In this document: one piece after another, positions 39,603-49,271 of the stretch
Position numbering within the stretch: the stretch's first letter is position 1
Layout: every line of letters begins with the position of its first letter
From: an uncultured candidate division Zixibacteria bacterium
Lineage (GTDB): Bacteria; Zixibacteria; MSB-5A5; GN15; FEB-12
Assembly: GCA_963806185.1 (NCBI GenBank)
Contig: CAWDXE010000007.1
Location: forward strand, 256,001-320,000
Direction of reading: 5' to 3'
DNA: 64,000 bases
Notes under the pieces: model-generated
Seen by the model: the letters and a program-made list of their open reading frames with translations, nothing else
Database searches by the model: none
What the model was told of the DNA's origin: nothing
Program-made: the position numbers and the translations under genes

Positions 39603-40349
39603 ATGGAGCTTGCGGGCAAAGTGGCCTTTGTCTCGGGCGGCACCCGGGGAATCGGATTCTGCATCGCCGAACGACTCGCACAACAAGGCGCCAATATCGT
39701 CATCAACTACTTCCGCAGCCGTTCCGGCGCGCAGGAGGCCGTGGACAAGCTCAAGACCTATGGCGTCGACTGCTATGCCCATCGCGCCAACATGGGCAAC
39801 CACGACCAACTGCCGGCGATATTCGAAGGAATCAAGGAGCGCTTCGGCAAACTCGATATCCTGATCTCCAACGCCGCGCTCGGTCTCTATACCAGCATGC
39901 TCAATATCGACGACAAAGCGTGGGACCTCTCGATGCATACCAACGCCCGAGCCTTTCTGCACTGTATCCAGCTCGGCTCTCCTATCATGCCGGATCACAG
40001 TCGCATCGTGACGCTTTCGTCGCTCGGGTCGATCCGATATATCCCGGGTTACGCGGCCATCGGCGTATCCAAAGCAGCCATTGAGAACATCGTTCGCTAT
40101 GCTGCCATCGAACTGGCGCCGAGGCAAATCACGGTCAACTGTGTATCGGGCGGATTTATCGACACTACTGCTCTCACGGTTTTCCCCAATTATGAAGACA
40201 TGAAGAAGGAAGTGAGTGAACGCACACCCTTCAAACGCATTGGCAAACCGGAGGAAGTGGCCGACGTGGTCGCTTTCCTTGCCAGCCCCAAGGCGAGCTG
40301 GATCACCGGGCAAACGGTGATTGTCGACGGCGGTTATTCGTTAATGTAA
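39603..40349 (+). CDS. fabL: Enoyl-ACP reductase FabL-type SDR
   Basis: SGGTRGIG, INYFRS, ISNAA.G, YAAIGVSKAA (Yx6K), IDTTALTVFPN. Confidence 0.75.
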   Translation: MELAGKVAFVSGGTRGIGFCIAERLAQQGANIVINYFRSRSGAQEAVDKLKTYGVDCYAHRANMGNHDQLPAIFEGIKERFGKLDILISNAALGLYTSMLNIDDKAWDLSMHTNARAFLHCIQLGSPIMPDHSRIVTLSSLGSIRYIPGYAAIGVSKAAIENIVRYAAIELAPRQITVNCVSGGFIDTTALTVFPNYEDMKKEVSERTPFKRIGKPEEVADVVAFLASPKASWITGQTVIVDGGYSLM

Positions 40350-40371
40350 TTATTACGCGAGGCGATGGACC

Positions 40372-40956
40372 ATGGACGATAGAATCATTCCGATATCAGC
40401 GGGCTATAAGCAAGACACTCAGAGAATAATAAGACTGTTCGCAGGTCAACTTGACGACCAGTATGTCCGCCTGAGAAAAGCGATCGAAGGATTGACAGTG
40501 CAACAGCTGGAATGGCAGCCCCACCCTGGCCTGAATACGATCGGCATGTTGCTCGCCCATCTGGCTGTAGTGGACGTCTGGTGGATCGTCATTGCCCCTC
40601 AGGGACAGGGCAGTTTCGACTCTGCGGAATCCATCTTCAAGGAGATTATCGGGATCGGCGGCGACGACGACGGCATGCCGATCAAGCCCGATGGCCGGCA
40701 CGCCGAGGCACTTGGCGGCCGTTCGGCGGCAGACTATTTCGCGATGCTCGATAAGGCGCGAGCGGCTGTCCATCAGGCGCTGCAGGGATGGAGTGACTCC
40801 GGGCTTGACGAGCTGTATACGTTGCGCGATCGCCGCATCTCCCGCTCATGGACCGTGTACCATGTGCTCGAGCATTACGCCGCACATTTTGGACAGATCC
40901 TTCTGCTCAAGCACCTCATGCGCGACGCCGGCGTGCTGGTCGAAGAGAAAAAGTAA
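40372..40956 (+). CDS. DinB-family protein
   Basis: NTIGMLLAHLAVVDVWW; YHVLEHYAAHFGQI His triad. Confidence 0.85.
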   Translation: MDDRIIPISAGYKQDTQRIIRLFAGQLDDQYVRLRKAIEGLTVQQLEWQPHPGLNTIGMLLAHLAVVDVWWIVIAPQGQGSFDSAESIFKEIIGIGGDDDGMPIKPDGRHAEALGGRSAADYFAMLDKARAAVHQALQGWSDSGLDELYTLRDRRISRSWTVYHVLEHYAAHFGQILLLKHLMRDAGVLVEEKK

Positions 40957-41003
40957 TCTCAGTTCGCACTTGCACAGACTGTCGTTCAGAAACAATTCGC
41001 AAG

Positions 41004-41040
41004 AAAGAGAGCCGCCGGGTTTTCACCCGACGGCTCTTTC
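41004..41040. terminator. Bidirectional intrinsic terminator
   Basis: Stem AGAGCCGCCGGGT/ACCCGACGGCTCT with one mismatch, between convergent genes. Confidence 0.7.
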
Positions 41041-41062
41041 CCAACCACTCGGCAATTTATCG

Positions 41063-41791
41063 TCAGGCTTCGAGGTAACTCGAGCCGATCGCCTTCAGTG
41101 CGGTCCGAAGCGTCGCCAAATGCTCCTTGTAGCTCGCCATATCCTTTTTGTCACAGGCGGCCTTGAGCTTTCCGATCGTCTCCTTGATCGCCTGGAGGTC
41201 CTTGAGCATCGCTGCCTTCTCGGTCTCGCATTCCTTCGGAATCGATGCTTCATCAAGCGCGGTCGCCTTGGTCACCAGCGTCTCGGTCGATCCGGCAATA
41301 CCCTCCATGTTGTTTTCGGGAAGATGCTTGTCATTGATGAGAAGAACGGTGACAAGCATCCCATCGACTTGCGGAAACTCGACGGGGAGGAGGCACTGAG
41401 CGGATGATTCAAACGCATTGTGCAGCTTCGGCAGGAGGTCGTATACCGTCGTAGAATCCTGCTTGGCGGCCGCCATCGCATATACGGTCACGAGGTCGCC
41501 GAATTCGGCGCGGTTTTTGTCAAACGCCGCCTTGCGTGCTTCGTGTTTGAACGCCGGCTTCATTTCTTTCACGGCGACAAAACGGGTCTCAAATTCCGGA
41601 GCGGCTTTGAACATCGCTTCAAAATTCTTGGCCGGGTAGGCCTCGTGCCACGCCGGCGCCATAATCTCGTGAAACGATCCAAAGGGCGAAACGCCCTTCT
41701 CGCCCTTGGCCTGGGCCTTGTCGGCCGGACACTGAGCTGCGGCTGCGCCGCAGGCAAGCAGAACGATCAGAATGATGGAAACTACTCTCAT
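41063..41791 (-). CDS. Hypothetical exported helical protein
   Basis: ATG 41791 MRVVSIILIVLLACGAAAAQ signal peptide; all-alpha pattern with FHEIMAPAWH and LHNAFE. Confidence 0.7.
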   Translation of the reverse strand: MRVVSIILIVLLACGAAAAQCPADKAQAKGEKGVSPFGSFHEIMAPAWHEAYPAKNFEAMFKAAPEFETRFVAVKEMKPAFKHEARKAAFDKNRAEFGDLVTVYAMAAAKQDSTTVYDLLPKLHNAFESSAQCLLPVEFPQVDGMLVTVLLINDKHLPENNMEGIAGSTETLVTKATALDEASIPKECETEKAAMLKDLQAIKETIGKLKAACDKKDMASYKEHLATLRTALKAIGSSYLEA

Positions 41792-41816
41792 TGGTACTCC
41801 CGGATTGAACGTTATT

Positions 41817-42965
41817 TCAAATGACATTCGTTTCTTCAATCAGCTTCCCCGTCGCAAAGCGAGCGGGCGATAAATCGGTAATATCAATCGACGGCTTCTT
41901 CCCTGTGACTATTTCAGTGGTAATGATGCCCGCCGCCGGTGCGTGCATGAAACCATGACCCGAGAACCCGGTCACATGGAACATCCCCTTAACGGTCGGT
42001 TCCCACCCGATGATGGCGCGATGATCGGGGGTCGTTTCATACAACCCGGCCCATTGATTGGCGATTTCAGCCGTCTCCAGCGCGGGAATGCGATCGAGTG
42101 CCCGCTCGAGGATGGCGTCGGTATAATCAGGATCGATTGAAACGTCGAAGCCCGGCTCCACGTTTTTGTCGGCCCAGCCAAGGAGCATCCCTTTGGATTC
42201 TTTATGGCAATAGAGCCCTGATTTGACGTCGACGACCATCGGGAAGAAGGGCTGGACAAAATCCAGTTCTCCCGTAGTCACAATTTGGCGACGATATGGC
42301 TCCACTCGAACATCGGCGTGAACCATGTTGCCAATCAAGCGGGCGAAAGCGCCGGCGGCGTTGATGACCAGCGGAGTCGCAATGTCCCCTTTATTGGTTC
42401 GGACATTGGTGATGGCGCCACCGGCCACGTCTATCCCGGTAACTTCCGTTTCCACTGCTAATTCCACACCCATTGGCCGCACAGCGTGCTCGTATCCGGA
42501 AAGGAACTGGTGCGGGTCGCCGAGACCGTCATCGTGGCAGAAAGTGCCAAACTTGATGTCATCCAGGCGCACGTGCGGAGCGAACTGAGGAATTTCCGAC
42601 GGTTGCAGAATCTGGACATTCAGTCCGACCGACTTCTGCAGTTCATATGCTTTCTTGAAATCCACTGCATCTTTATCATCGGAAACGAGGAAGAGGTATC
42701 CCACCTGATCGAACATGGCCTCGTAACCGGTGTCCTCTTGGAAGCGTTCGAACATCCGCTCCGAAAGCATCGACATTTCGACATTTACTTTGGTATTAAA
42801 CTGTGCCCGGATTCCGCCGGCCGCTTTAGCAGTGGAAATCGCCCCCAAAAACGGCTCGCGTTCCAGCACCACGACTTGACCATATTTTGCCTTGGCCAGA
42901 TAGAAAGCGACCGCCAACCCGATAATTCCGCCGCCCACTATGACCGCATCCGCACGATTCCGCAT
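41817..42965 (-). CDS. FAD-dependent oxidoreductase (sarcosine oxidase beta / DAO family)
   Basis: IVGGGIIG, AAGGIRAQF, INAAGA, WAGLYETTPD, GFSGHGFMHAPAAG. Confidence 0.92.
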   Translation of the reverse strand: MRNRADAVIVGGGIIGLAVAFYLAKAKYGQVVVLEREPFLGAISTAKAAGGIRAQFNTKVNVEMSMLSERMFERFQEDTGYEAMFDQVGYLFLVSDDKDAVDFKKAYELQKSVGLNVQILQPSEIPQFAPHVRLDDIKFGTFCHDDGLGDPHQFLSGYEHAVRPMGVELAVETEVTGIDVAGGAITNVRTNKGDIATPLVINAAGAFARLIGNMVHADVRVEPYRRQIVTTGELDFVQPFFPMVVDVKSGLYCHKESKGMLLGWADKNVEPGFDVSIDPDYTDAILERALDRIPALETAEIANQWAGLYETTPDHRAIIGWEPTVKGMFHVTGFSGHGFMHAPAAGIITTEIVTGKKPSIDITDLSPARFATGKLIEETNVI

Positions 42966-43589
42966 CGTAGCCCTCAAGTTTGGGCAGGCCAAGCCCGCCG
43001 CAACGTGAACTTTTTCACTAAGGTATGGATTTGCGTCGCCAAGTCAAGCCTTTCCCGGAATCACGACTTGCAGAATCGTATTTCTCCCCGCCTTCTCACC
43101 CGGACTCAGTCCTAACTAACTATTTTGCATAATGTTATACGATCCTTCCGCTTCTCAGATCATACCTATGTGACCGATATTTGAGGGGCTGGTCGCACTT
43201 CCTATGGTTCTTCAGGAACTCCGCCATTGCTGCTTGTTGTATTCCTTGGATATCATCGTACATATAATACTAGAGTAATCCCGTTTTGTCCTTTCGGCTG
43301 ACTGCAAGCGGCAGATGAACTGAATGGGATCTACAGTTCCTGTCCGGCCCTTCGCGGTTATTGTCCGGGATTTCTCATATCGGCTGCTCCAAAGTGGCCT
43401 GGATACTGGCGCTGATTTCTTCGTCAGCGACCGCGATTCCGAACGGCACTGGCGTGACAGTGATGACCGGGTCACATTGCACCGAAATCTTGATCACACA
43501 CGATCTTCAGTTCCTACAGAATGTGACGATACAATTCATGTCCGCACCTGGTGTGCGGGCTACGGTCATCGGAAAGGAAAAGACGCCCT

Positions 43590-44153
43590 ATGCCATCAAG
43601 CGCCGTCAGCCAGATCAGCACGATCATGAGCATTGTGCAGATCACCAAGCCGCAATCGGTTCTGGACGTCGGAATCGGTTTTGGAAAGTACGGCTTTCTC
43701 TGCAGGGAGTATCTTGAGCTGTGGGATGGTCGCAACAAGTACAACGACTGGCAACACCGCATTGACGGCATCGAGGCCCACGGCCAGTACATTACCGATC
43801 TTCAACGGAAGATTTACAGCAACATCTACGTCGGGGATGCTCGATCAGTGCTTCCCGGGCTTGATGTCCACTACGATCTTGTCCTGCTAATTGACGTGAT
43901 TGAACATCTGTCCATCGAAGAAGGGCATCGGCTGTTAGGCGCCTGCCAGGACAAAGCAACGGCTTGTCTGATTGCCACGCCGCACACGGTGACAGCGCAG
44001 GGCGACGCCTTCGACAACCCCTTTGAGCGCCATGTTTCAGCATGGACTGAAGCGGAATTCGAGCGATACCCCCGTCGGGCTTTTCTGCCCAACAAAGAAT
44101 CTCTGATCTGTTATCTGCGATTTGACGAGGTCGACGTGATCGCGCGGGTTTAG
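43590..44153 (+). CDS. Class I SAM-dependent methyltransferase
   Basis: SVLDVGIGFGKYG, IDGIE, YDLVLLIDVIEHL, IATP, HVSAWT. Confidence 0.85.
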   Translation: MPSSAVSQISTIMSIVQITKPQSVLDVGIGFGKYGFLCREYLELWDGRNKYNDWQHRIDGIEAHGQYITDLQRKIYSNIYVGDARSVLPGLDVHYDLVLLIDVIEHLSIEEGHRLLGACQDKATACLIATPHTVTAQGDAFDNPFERHVSAWTEAEFERYPRRAFLPNKESLICYLRFDEVDVIARV

Positions 44154-44202
44154 CGCTCGACAATCCCCAATAACGACCGTATACTTCAGCCCGGAGTCCA
44201 TC

Positions 44203-44679
44203 ATGACCACAGCAGAGCCGGGCAAGCCAATGATTTTGCGCCGATTGTTCACGTTAGTCGGCGCGGGGCTTATTACCGCCGGCGCGTTTATTCCCTTTCT
44301 CTCGGTTCCAATCTTCAAAGATGACGCATTCATTGAACTCAGCCGATCCGGCGGCCTGATCGTTATTGCCTGCGTTATTTTATCATTGGGTTGTGTATTC
44401 TACCGGCGCTTTGCTCTGCTCTATCTCACCGGGGGTACCTCGCTCGTACTCGTCATTTTCACGATATACCAGGTGAATGCGCGGAAAACCGCCTACATAA
44501 CTGACTTCAACAGGGCGCTCGAGGGTTCGCCATTGAAGGGGATCGGCCTCTCCTTCGTAAGAGCGGTGGATATCACACATGGCGCCGCCCTGATGCTGGC
44601 CGGAGCCGTTATCCTGATCTGCGTGCCGCTCCTCGGCGGCCGCATCACCCTGCGGAAGAAATCCGCCGGACTCCAGTGA
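44203..44679 (+). CDS. Hypothetical membrane protein (about 4 TM)
   Basis: Four hydrophobic segments; no recognised motif. Confidence 0.65.
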   Translation: MTTAEPGKPMILRRLFTLVGAGLITAGAFIPFLSVPIFKDDAFIELSRSGGLIVIACVILSLGCVFYRRFALLYLTGGTSLVLVIFTIYQVNARKTAYITDFNRALEGSPLKGIGLSFVRAVDITHGAALMLAGAVILICVPLLGGRITLRKKSAGLQ

Positions 44680-44782
44680 TCTTTATTGTATGCCTGTAAG
44701 TCTTCGATTATGTTAACAGGCAACCGGGGGCTCGCGACAAAACGCGCTTGCGGAATTGACGAATGAGAAGATACTGAATAGT

Positions 44783-45268
44783 ATGGATGGTCCTTCAAGC
44801 GTTGAAATAATCCCGGCGCACACGCCGGATCGTATTCCGGCGGTTCGGGAACTCTTTCGCGAGTATGCCGATTGGCTCGACTACGATCTGTGCTTGCAGA
44901 GTTTCGATGAAGAACTCGCCGGTCTGCCTGGCGCTTACGCACCACCATCGGGACGACTTTACCTCGTTGTCGACAATCATCAGATTGCAGGCTGTGTTGC
45001 CTTGCGTCGACTCACCGACAAAATGGGCGAAATGAAGCGACTCTACTTGCGCCCCGATCACCGCGGCAGCGGTATCGGACGAAAAATGGCGCAGAGGGTA
45101 ATCGAGGACGCACGCTTGATTGGCTATCACACACTGCGACTCGACACCATCCCGCAGATGAAAGAGGCGATCAAGTTATATCGTTCACTCGGTTTCCGCG
45201 AGATCGCCCCGCCGCCTGGCGCGCCGATGGCCGGGGAAATCTACATGGAAATGTCGTTGCGGAAATAA
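44783..45268 (+). CDS. GNAT N-acetyltransferase
   Basis: FDEELAGLPGAY, EMKRLYLRPDHRGSGIG, LRLDT..M.EAIKLYRSLGF. Confidence 0.92.
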   Translation: MDGPSSVEIIPAHTPDRIPAVRELFREYADWLDYDLCLQSFDEELAGLPGAYAPPSGRLYLVVDNHQIAGCVALRRLTDKMGEMKRLYLRPDHRGSGIGRKMAQRVIEDARLIGYHTLRLDTIPQMKEAIKLYRSLGFREIAPPPGAPMAGEIYMEMSLRK

Positions 45269-45989
45269 CATCGCTGCAAGCGGCAGTATACAGTTCGCAC
45301 CCCGGGATGAATTGTCCGCTCCGCCTTTGTTCCCGGTTTCCATTGCATTTTTCGTGAATTCACCACCCGCACGCGTGTTCCCGTTCGCACTGGGAATGTT
45401 ATTGTGTGACTGGCATTTACCTGCCGTCTGACCGGTGCGGTACGAGCGTGGTTCGTCAAAAAATCGGTTCGACCGCGAACCCAAATTGCCTGAATTGCCG
45501 TTATACCTGTATATGTGTGGGATGGCAAAACGGTCAGGCATGTCGGCAATTGCTTGCCTGGCTGTGGGGGTGTAGGCGATAGCCTGCAGTCGACCGTTGC
45601 TCGCCGACACAGTCGCAAGTATATTGATCATACTTGTCCATCAGAGCTGTTCGATTGGGATTTGGAGTGTGACTTGGACTTTCGAATCCTGAGACCCGCG
45701 ATCACGACCGCTTGGTATCGAAGTTGACAGGATGTCAAGCGGTGCAGGCCGATCAGAATCCGCATTCCGCGTCACCCGAAAGATAAATGGAGCGCCCTAG
45801 GACCGATTCGCTATTTCACCAGCTGTGCGACAGCGACCTGCAGTCCCTGCTCAGGCGCTCCGAATGACCAGTTTTGTCACAGGGTCACATGTGGCTACGG
45901 CAAGGAACGAATTCGCCCGGGATCAAATGATCCAGAAACACCAGACCGTCTCAGCACGAAGACAGCCCTGCTGAGTGGAGGAGGCCGAC

Positions 45990-46298
45990 ATGAAGATTTC
46001 AGAAATCCAGGTCACCTTGCGCAACGAGGACAAACTCAAGGGATTTGTGAATGTCACCTTTGATGATTGTTTTGTCGTCCGGGGACTGAAGATCATACAG
46101 GGCACCAAAGGGTATTTTGTTTCTATGCCGAGCCGAAAGAGGGAGGATGGAACGCATCGCGATATTGCCCATCCCACCAATCCCGAAATGCGCAAACTGA
46201 TCGAGGACAGCGTCCTCAAAGCATACGCGGCCGCCTATGCCAGGGAAGGCAAAGGACATGGCGCGTTGACTGGTACTCCCATCTCCAACCAAAGTTAG
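45990..46298 (+). CDS. spoVG: SpoVG-family nucleic-acid-binding regulator
   Basis: LKGFVNVTFDDCFVVRGLKIIQGTKGYFVSMPSRK..DGTHRDIAHP; RBS GGAGGAGG. Confidence 0.95.
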   Translation: MKISEIQVTLRNEDKLKGFVNVTFDDCFVVRGLKIIQGTKGYFVSMPSRKREDGTHRDIAHPTNPEMRKLIEDSVLKAYAAAYAREGKGHGALTGTPISNQS

Positions 46299-46306
46299 TG
46301 CAAGAC

Positions 46307-46336
46307 TTGTGGGCGTGGACCGATCCACGCCCACAA
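46307..46336. repeat. Perfect 13-bp inverted repeat (terminator or REP-like)
   Basis: TTGTGGGCGTGGA-CCGA-TCCACGCCCACAA just after the spoVG stop; no U-tract. Confidence 0.7.
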
Positions 46337-46617
46337 CATCGGCACCAATTGTTTTCCAAGACCCTCATGCAGGCTGGCCATACCCGGCACCCGTGAATAC
46401 CGCCAAACAAGATTCCCGGAACCCGGGAGGAGCCGAGGTTGTGTTTGGCCCGAGACTGCAATGACTTAGCCTCACGGCTCAGCCAGAATATTCTTAACTA
46501 TTGGTGCTCCGTCTGCCGATAAATATCTAATCGACCTGAATGTTGAGAGAATGGGCCGGGCGGATCAAATCTCACCATCTACGCCCAATTCGCCGGGACC
46601 CCAAGGAAAGATTGTAG

Positions 46618-47586
46618 ATGCCGATGCCGACTTCACCAACTATATTGCCCGCCGACACTATGAAACCGGGCATCGAGACCTCGTCCTCTCTCCCAGGGCG
46701 GCCTCCGGGCGACCGGTCCGCCACTCGCTGGCGGATCTTCTGGGGTATCGTCTATTTCCTGGCTGCAGTTGCGATAGTCTGGTTCTTTGTGCACGGCCAC
46801 AGCTACTATTCAACTCCGCTGGCGGATCGGCCGCATCACCCTGATTATCGTCAGCTTCGACCGGCCGGGATGACCGGCCTGGGGTATGGCGTGGTCGGCT
46901 CGGTCATGATGATCGTTATGCTGGTGTACACGCTCCGCAAGCGCGTGCGAATGTTTGGACGACTGGGGAATCTGCGCCAATGGCTGAATTTTCATATGTT
47001 TCTGGGCGTCGTCGGGCCGTTACTAATCGTGCTGCACACCTCGTTCAAAGTACAGGGACTGGTGGCGATCAGTTTCTGGTCGATGGTATTGGTGGCGGTG
47101 AGCGGATTTTTCGGACGATTTCTTTACGTGCAAATTCCCCGGAATATCAACGGTGACGCACTGAGTCTCGCGGAACTGGAACAGGAAATGTCAGTGCTCA
47201 CCCGCCGCCTCCGAGGCGAATTTGGTATTCCCGAGGACGGCCTGGAGCGTATCGATAAGATCGCCGTGGCCGCGTCAACCGATCATGGCCTCGGCGCCCT
47301 GATGCGTTTGATCGTGGGCCGGGGAGTGTCGAAGATCCGCGTTCACGGTCGGGTGAAAGCCGCGCTTCTGGGCGTGTGGACCGGCACCGACCTCGAACTT
47401 CGTGCCTTGAGCAGCCTGGTACATCGTAAGGCTACCATTCAACTTCGCACACGAACCCTGGGACAAGTGCAGCAGCTCTTCCACTATTGGCACGTCTTTC
47501 ACAAGCCATTTGCGATCATCATGTATATCGTCATGCTGGTACATATCGGAGTGGCCGTCTGGACGGGGTACACGTGGATCTTTTGA
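46618..47586 (+). CDS. Cytochrome b-like inner-membrane protein (ferric-reductase-like TM)
   Basis: TM His pairs WLNFHMFLG...LIVLHT and WHVFHKPF...MLVHI; YTLRKR; GRFLY.QIP. Confidence 0.75.
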   Translation: MPMPTSPTILPADTMKPGIETSSSLPGRPPGDRSATRWRIFWGIVYFLAAVAIVWFFVHGHSYYSTPLADRPHHPDYRQLRPAGMTGLGYGVVGSVMMIVMLVYTLRKRVRMFGRLGNLRQWLNFHMFLGVVGPLLIVLHTSFKVQGLVAISFWSMVLVAVSGFFGRFLYVQIPRNINGDALSLAELEQEMSVLTRRLRGEFGIPEDGLERIDKIAVAASTDHGLGALMRLIVGRGVSKIRVHGRVKAALLGVWTGTDLELRALSSLVHRKATIQLRTRTLGQVQQLFHYWHVFHKPFAIIMYIVMLVHIGVAVWTGYTWIF

Positions 47587-47588
47587 GA

Positions 47589-49271
47589 ATGACCCGACAT
47601 TGCCGAGGCATTCTGATCGTCGGTTTGGTGATAGCTGTGGCGGTCAGCGGAGCGATGGCTCAGCTGTCGCCGGGCGATCTCAGCGAGGGTCACGCGTCAC
47701 TGGAAGGCGTGAAGAATTGCACCAAATGTCACGACAGTGACCAGAACCTGGTCGCCGACAAATGTCTCGCCTGTCATACCGCGCTAAAGGCCCGTGTCGA
47801 TTCGGGAAGGGGGCTTCATGCCCGCCCCGAACAGGCGGAATGTCAGCATTGCCATGTCGAACACCAGGGGAAAGACTTCGCCCTGGTCTACTGGAAAGAC
47901 GGCGAGCACAATTTTGATCATGCCCGGACCGGCTACGTTCTGGAAGGCGGCCATCGGAAACTCGCCTGTCGGGATTGCCATAAGAGTCAATTTATGAAGG
48001 CAACCGATCAACTGGCCCAGCAAGCGGTCAACCTCCAGCGCACCTATCTGGGGCTGGACCGCGACTGCCGAAACTGCCACGCCGATGAACATCGGGGCCA
48101 GTTTACGCAGGCCTGTACCGAGTGTCACACCCAATTGGCGTGGAAACCAGCGTCCGGATTTGCCCACGACAAGAGTGCTTTCGCACTGGCGGGGAAGCAC
48201 CGAGACGTCGCCTGTGAGAAGTGCCACACCCTTATGCTTGAACAAGGCGGGGGGGAGGATTCGCTATTCTTGCAGTTTACCCGAATCGCCCACAATCAAT
48301 GCAGCGACTGTCACAAAGATCCCCACCAAACGCGCCTGGGGGCCGACTGTGCGCGCTGTCATACGGCCGATAGCTGGAGACAGGTCGCAGCGACCGATTT
48401 CGATCATAGCAGGACCCGGTTCCCGCTGACCGGCAAACATGCGGCAGTGCAGTGCGAGAAGTGTCATGCGGCGGGCCAGCGCGCTGCCGCGCTCAAATTC
48501 GACAATTGCCGCGATTGCCACACCGACTATCACAAAGGGGCGTTTGTCAATCGAGCCGCCAAAGGCGCCTGCGAGGAATGTCACACGGTATCCGGTTTCA
48601 GGCCGGCCGCCTTCACTCTGGCCCAGCACGATTCTACCGACTTTGCGCTGGCCGGTGCTCATCTTGCCATTCCGTGTCTGGCGTGCCACAAGACGGAACG
48701 GGGCGAACCCGCTCGCTTTGTATTCAAATCAATGGTATGCAGCACCTGTCACGCCGACGTGCACCAGGGTTCGCTCATTAACGTTATGGCGGATTCCGGC
48801 TGCACTGCCTGTCATTCGGTGGAGCGGTGGACGTCCGTCATCTACGACCACGCGGCCAAAACGCAATTTGCCCTTGAAGGAAAGCATGCCGCCGTCGCCT
48901 GTAACAAATGTCATAAGCCGTCAGATGTCGCTCAGAGCGCCATCGTCTTTGGCAAGCTCTCCACTCAATGCGGGAGTTGTCATCAGGATCCGCATCGCGG
49001 TCAATTCGCCTCAACTGATGACGAGAGGGCCGCGCACCAGGCTGTCACCGGATGCGATCGTTGCCATTCGGTCAACTCGTGGCAGCCGGAGCGGTTCAAT
49101 CATGCCACGGCTAGATTTGTGCTCGACGGCGCCCACAGCCGCGTGGCCTGTACCGGCTGCCACAAGTCAATCTTCGAAAACGGAAATGTATATACGGAAT
49201 ATATAGGCACGGCCACCACATGTGCCGCCTGTCACGGGAGCAAGACCCCATCCCCGCGAGGTGACTTATGA
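47589..49271 (+). CDS. Multiheme cytochrome c, 20 CxxCH
   Basis: Signal peptide; QLSPGDLS.GH N-terminus; 20 CxxCH counted by hand in triheme repeats (FDH..T.F.L.G.H). Confidence 0.93.
   Translation: MTRHCRGILIVGLVIAVAVSGAMAQLSPGDLSEGHASLEGVKNCTKCHDSDQNLVADKCLACHTALKARVDSGRGLHARPEQAECQHCHVEHQGKDFALVYWKDGEHNFDHARTGYVLEGGHRKLACRDCHKSQFMKATDQLAQQAVNLQRTYLGLDRDCRNCHADEHRGQFTQACTECHTQLAWKPASGFAHDKSAFALAGKHRDVACEKCHTLMLEQGGGEDSLFLQFTRIAHNQCSDCHKDPHQTRLGADCARCHTADSWRQVAATDFDHSRTRFPLTGKHAAVQCEKCHAAGQRAAALKFDNCRDCHTDYHKGAFVNRAAKGACEECHTVSGFRPAAFTLAQHDSTDFALAGAHLAIPCLACHKTERGEPARFVFKSMVCSTCHADVHQGSLINVMADSGCTACHSVERWTSVIYDHAAKTQFALEGKHAAVACNKCHKPSDVAQSAIVFGKLSTQCGSCHQDPHRGQFASTDDERAAHQAVTGCDRCHSVNSWQPERFNHATARFVLDGAHSRVACTGCHKSIFENGNVYTEYIGTATTCAACHGSKTPSPRGDL

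Noticed and set aside
43000..43589. Possible ncRNA or small genes in the divergent intergenic region
   Set aside because: No recognisable RNA family, convincing stem or credible ORF was found.
46446..46460. Sigma54 promoter for the cytochrome operon (TGGCCCGAGACTGCA)
   Set aside because: GG-to-GC spacing is 9 nt rather than the required 10.
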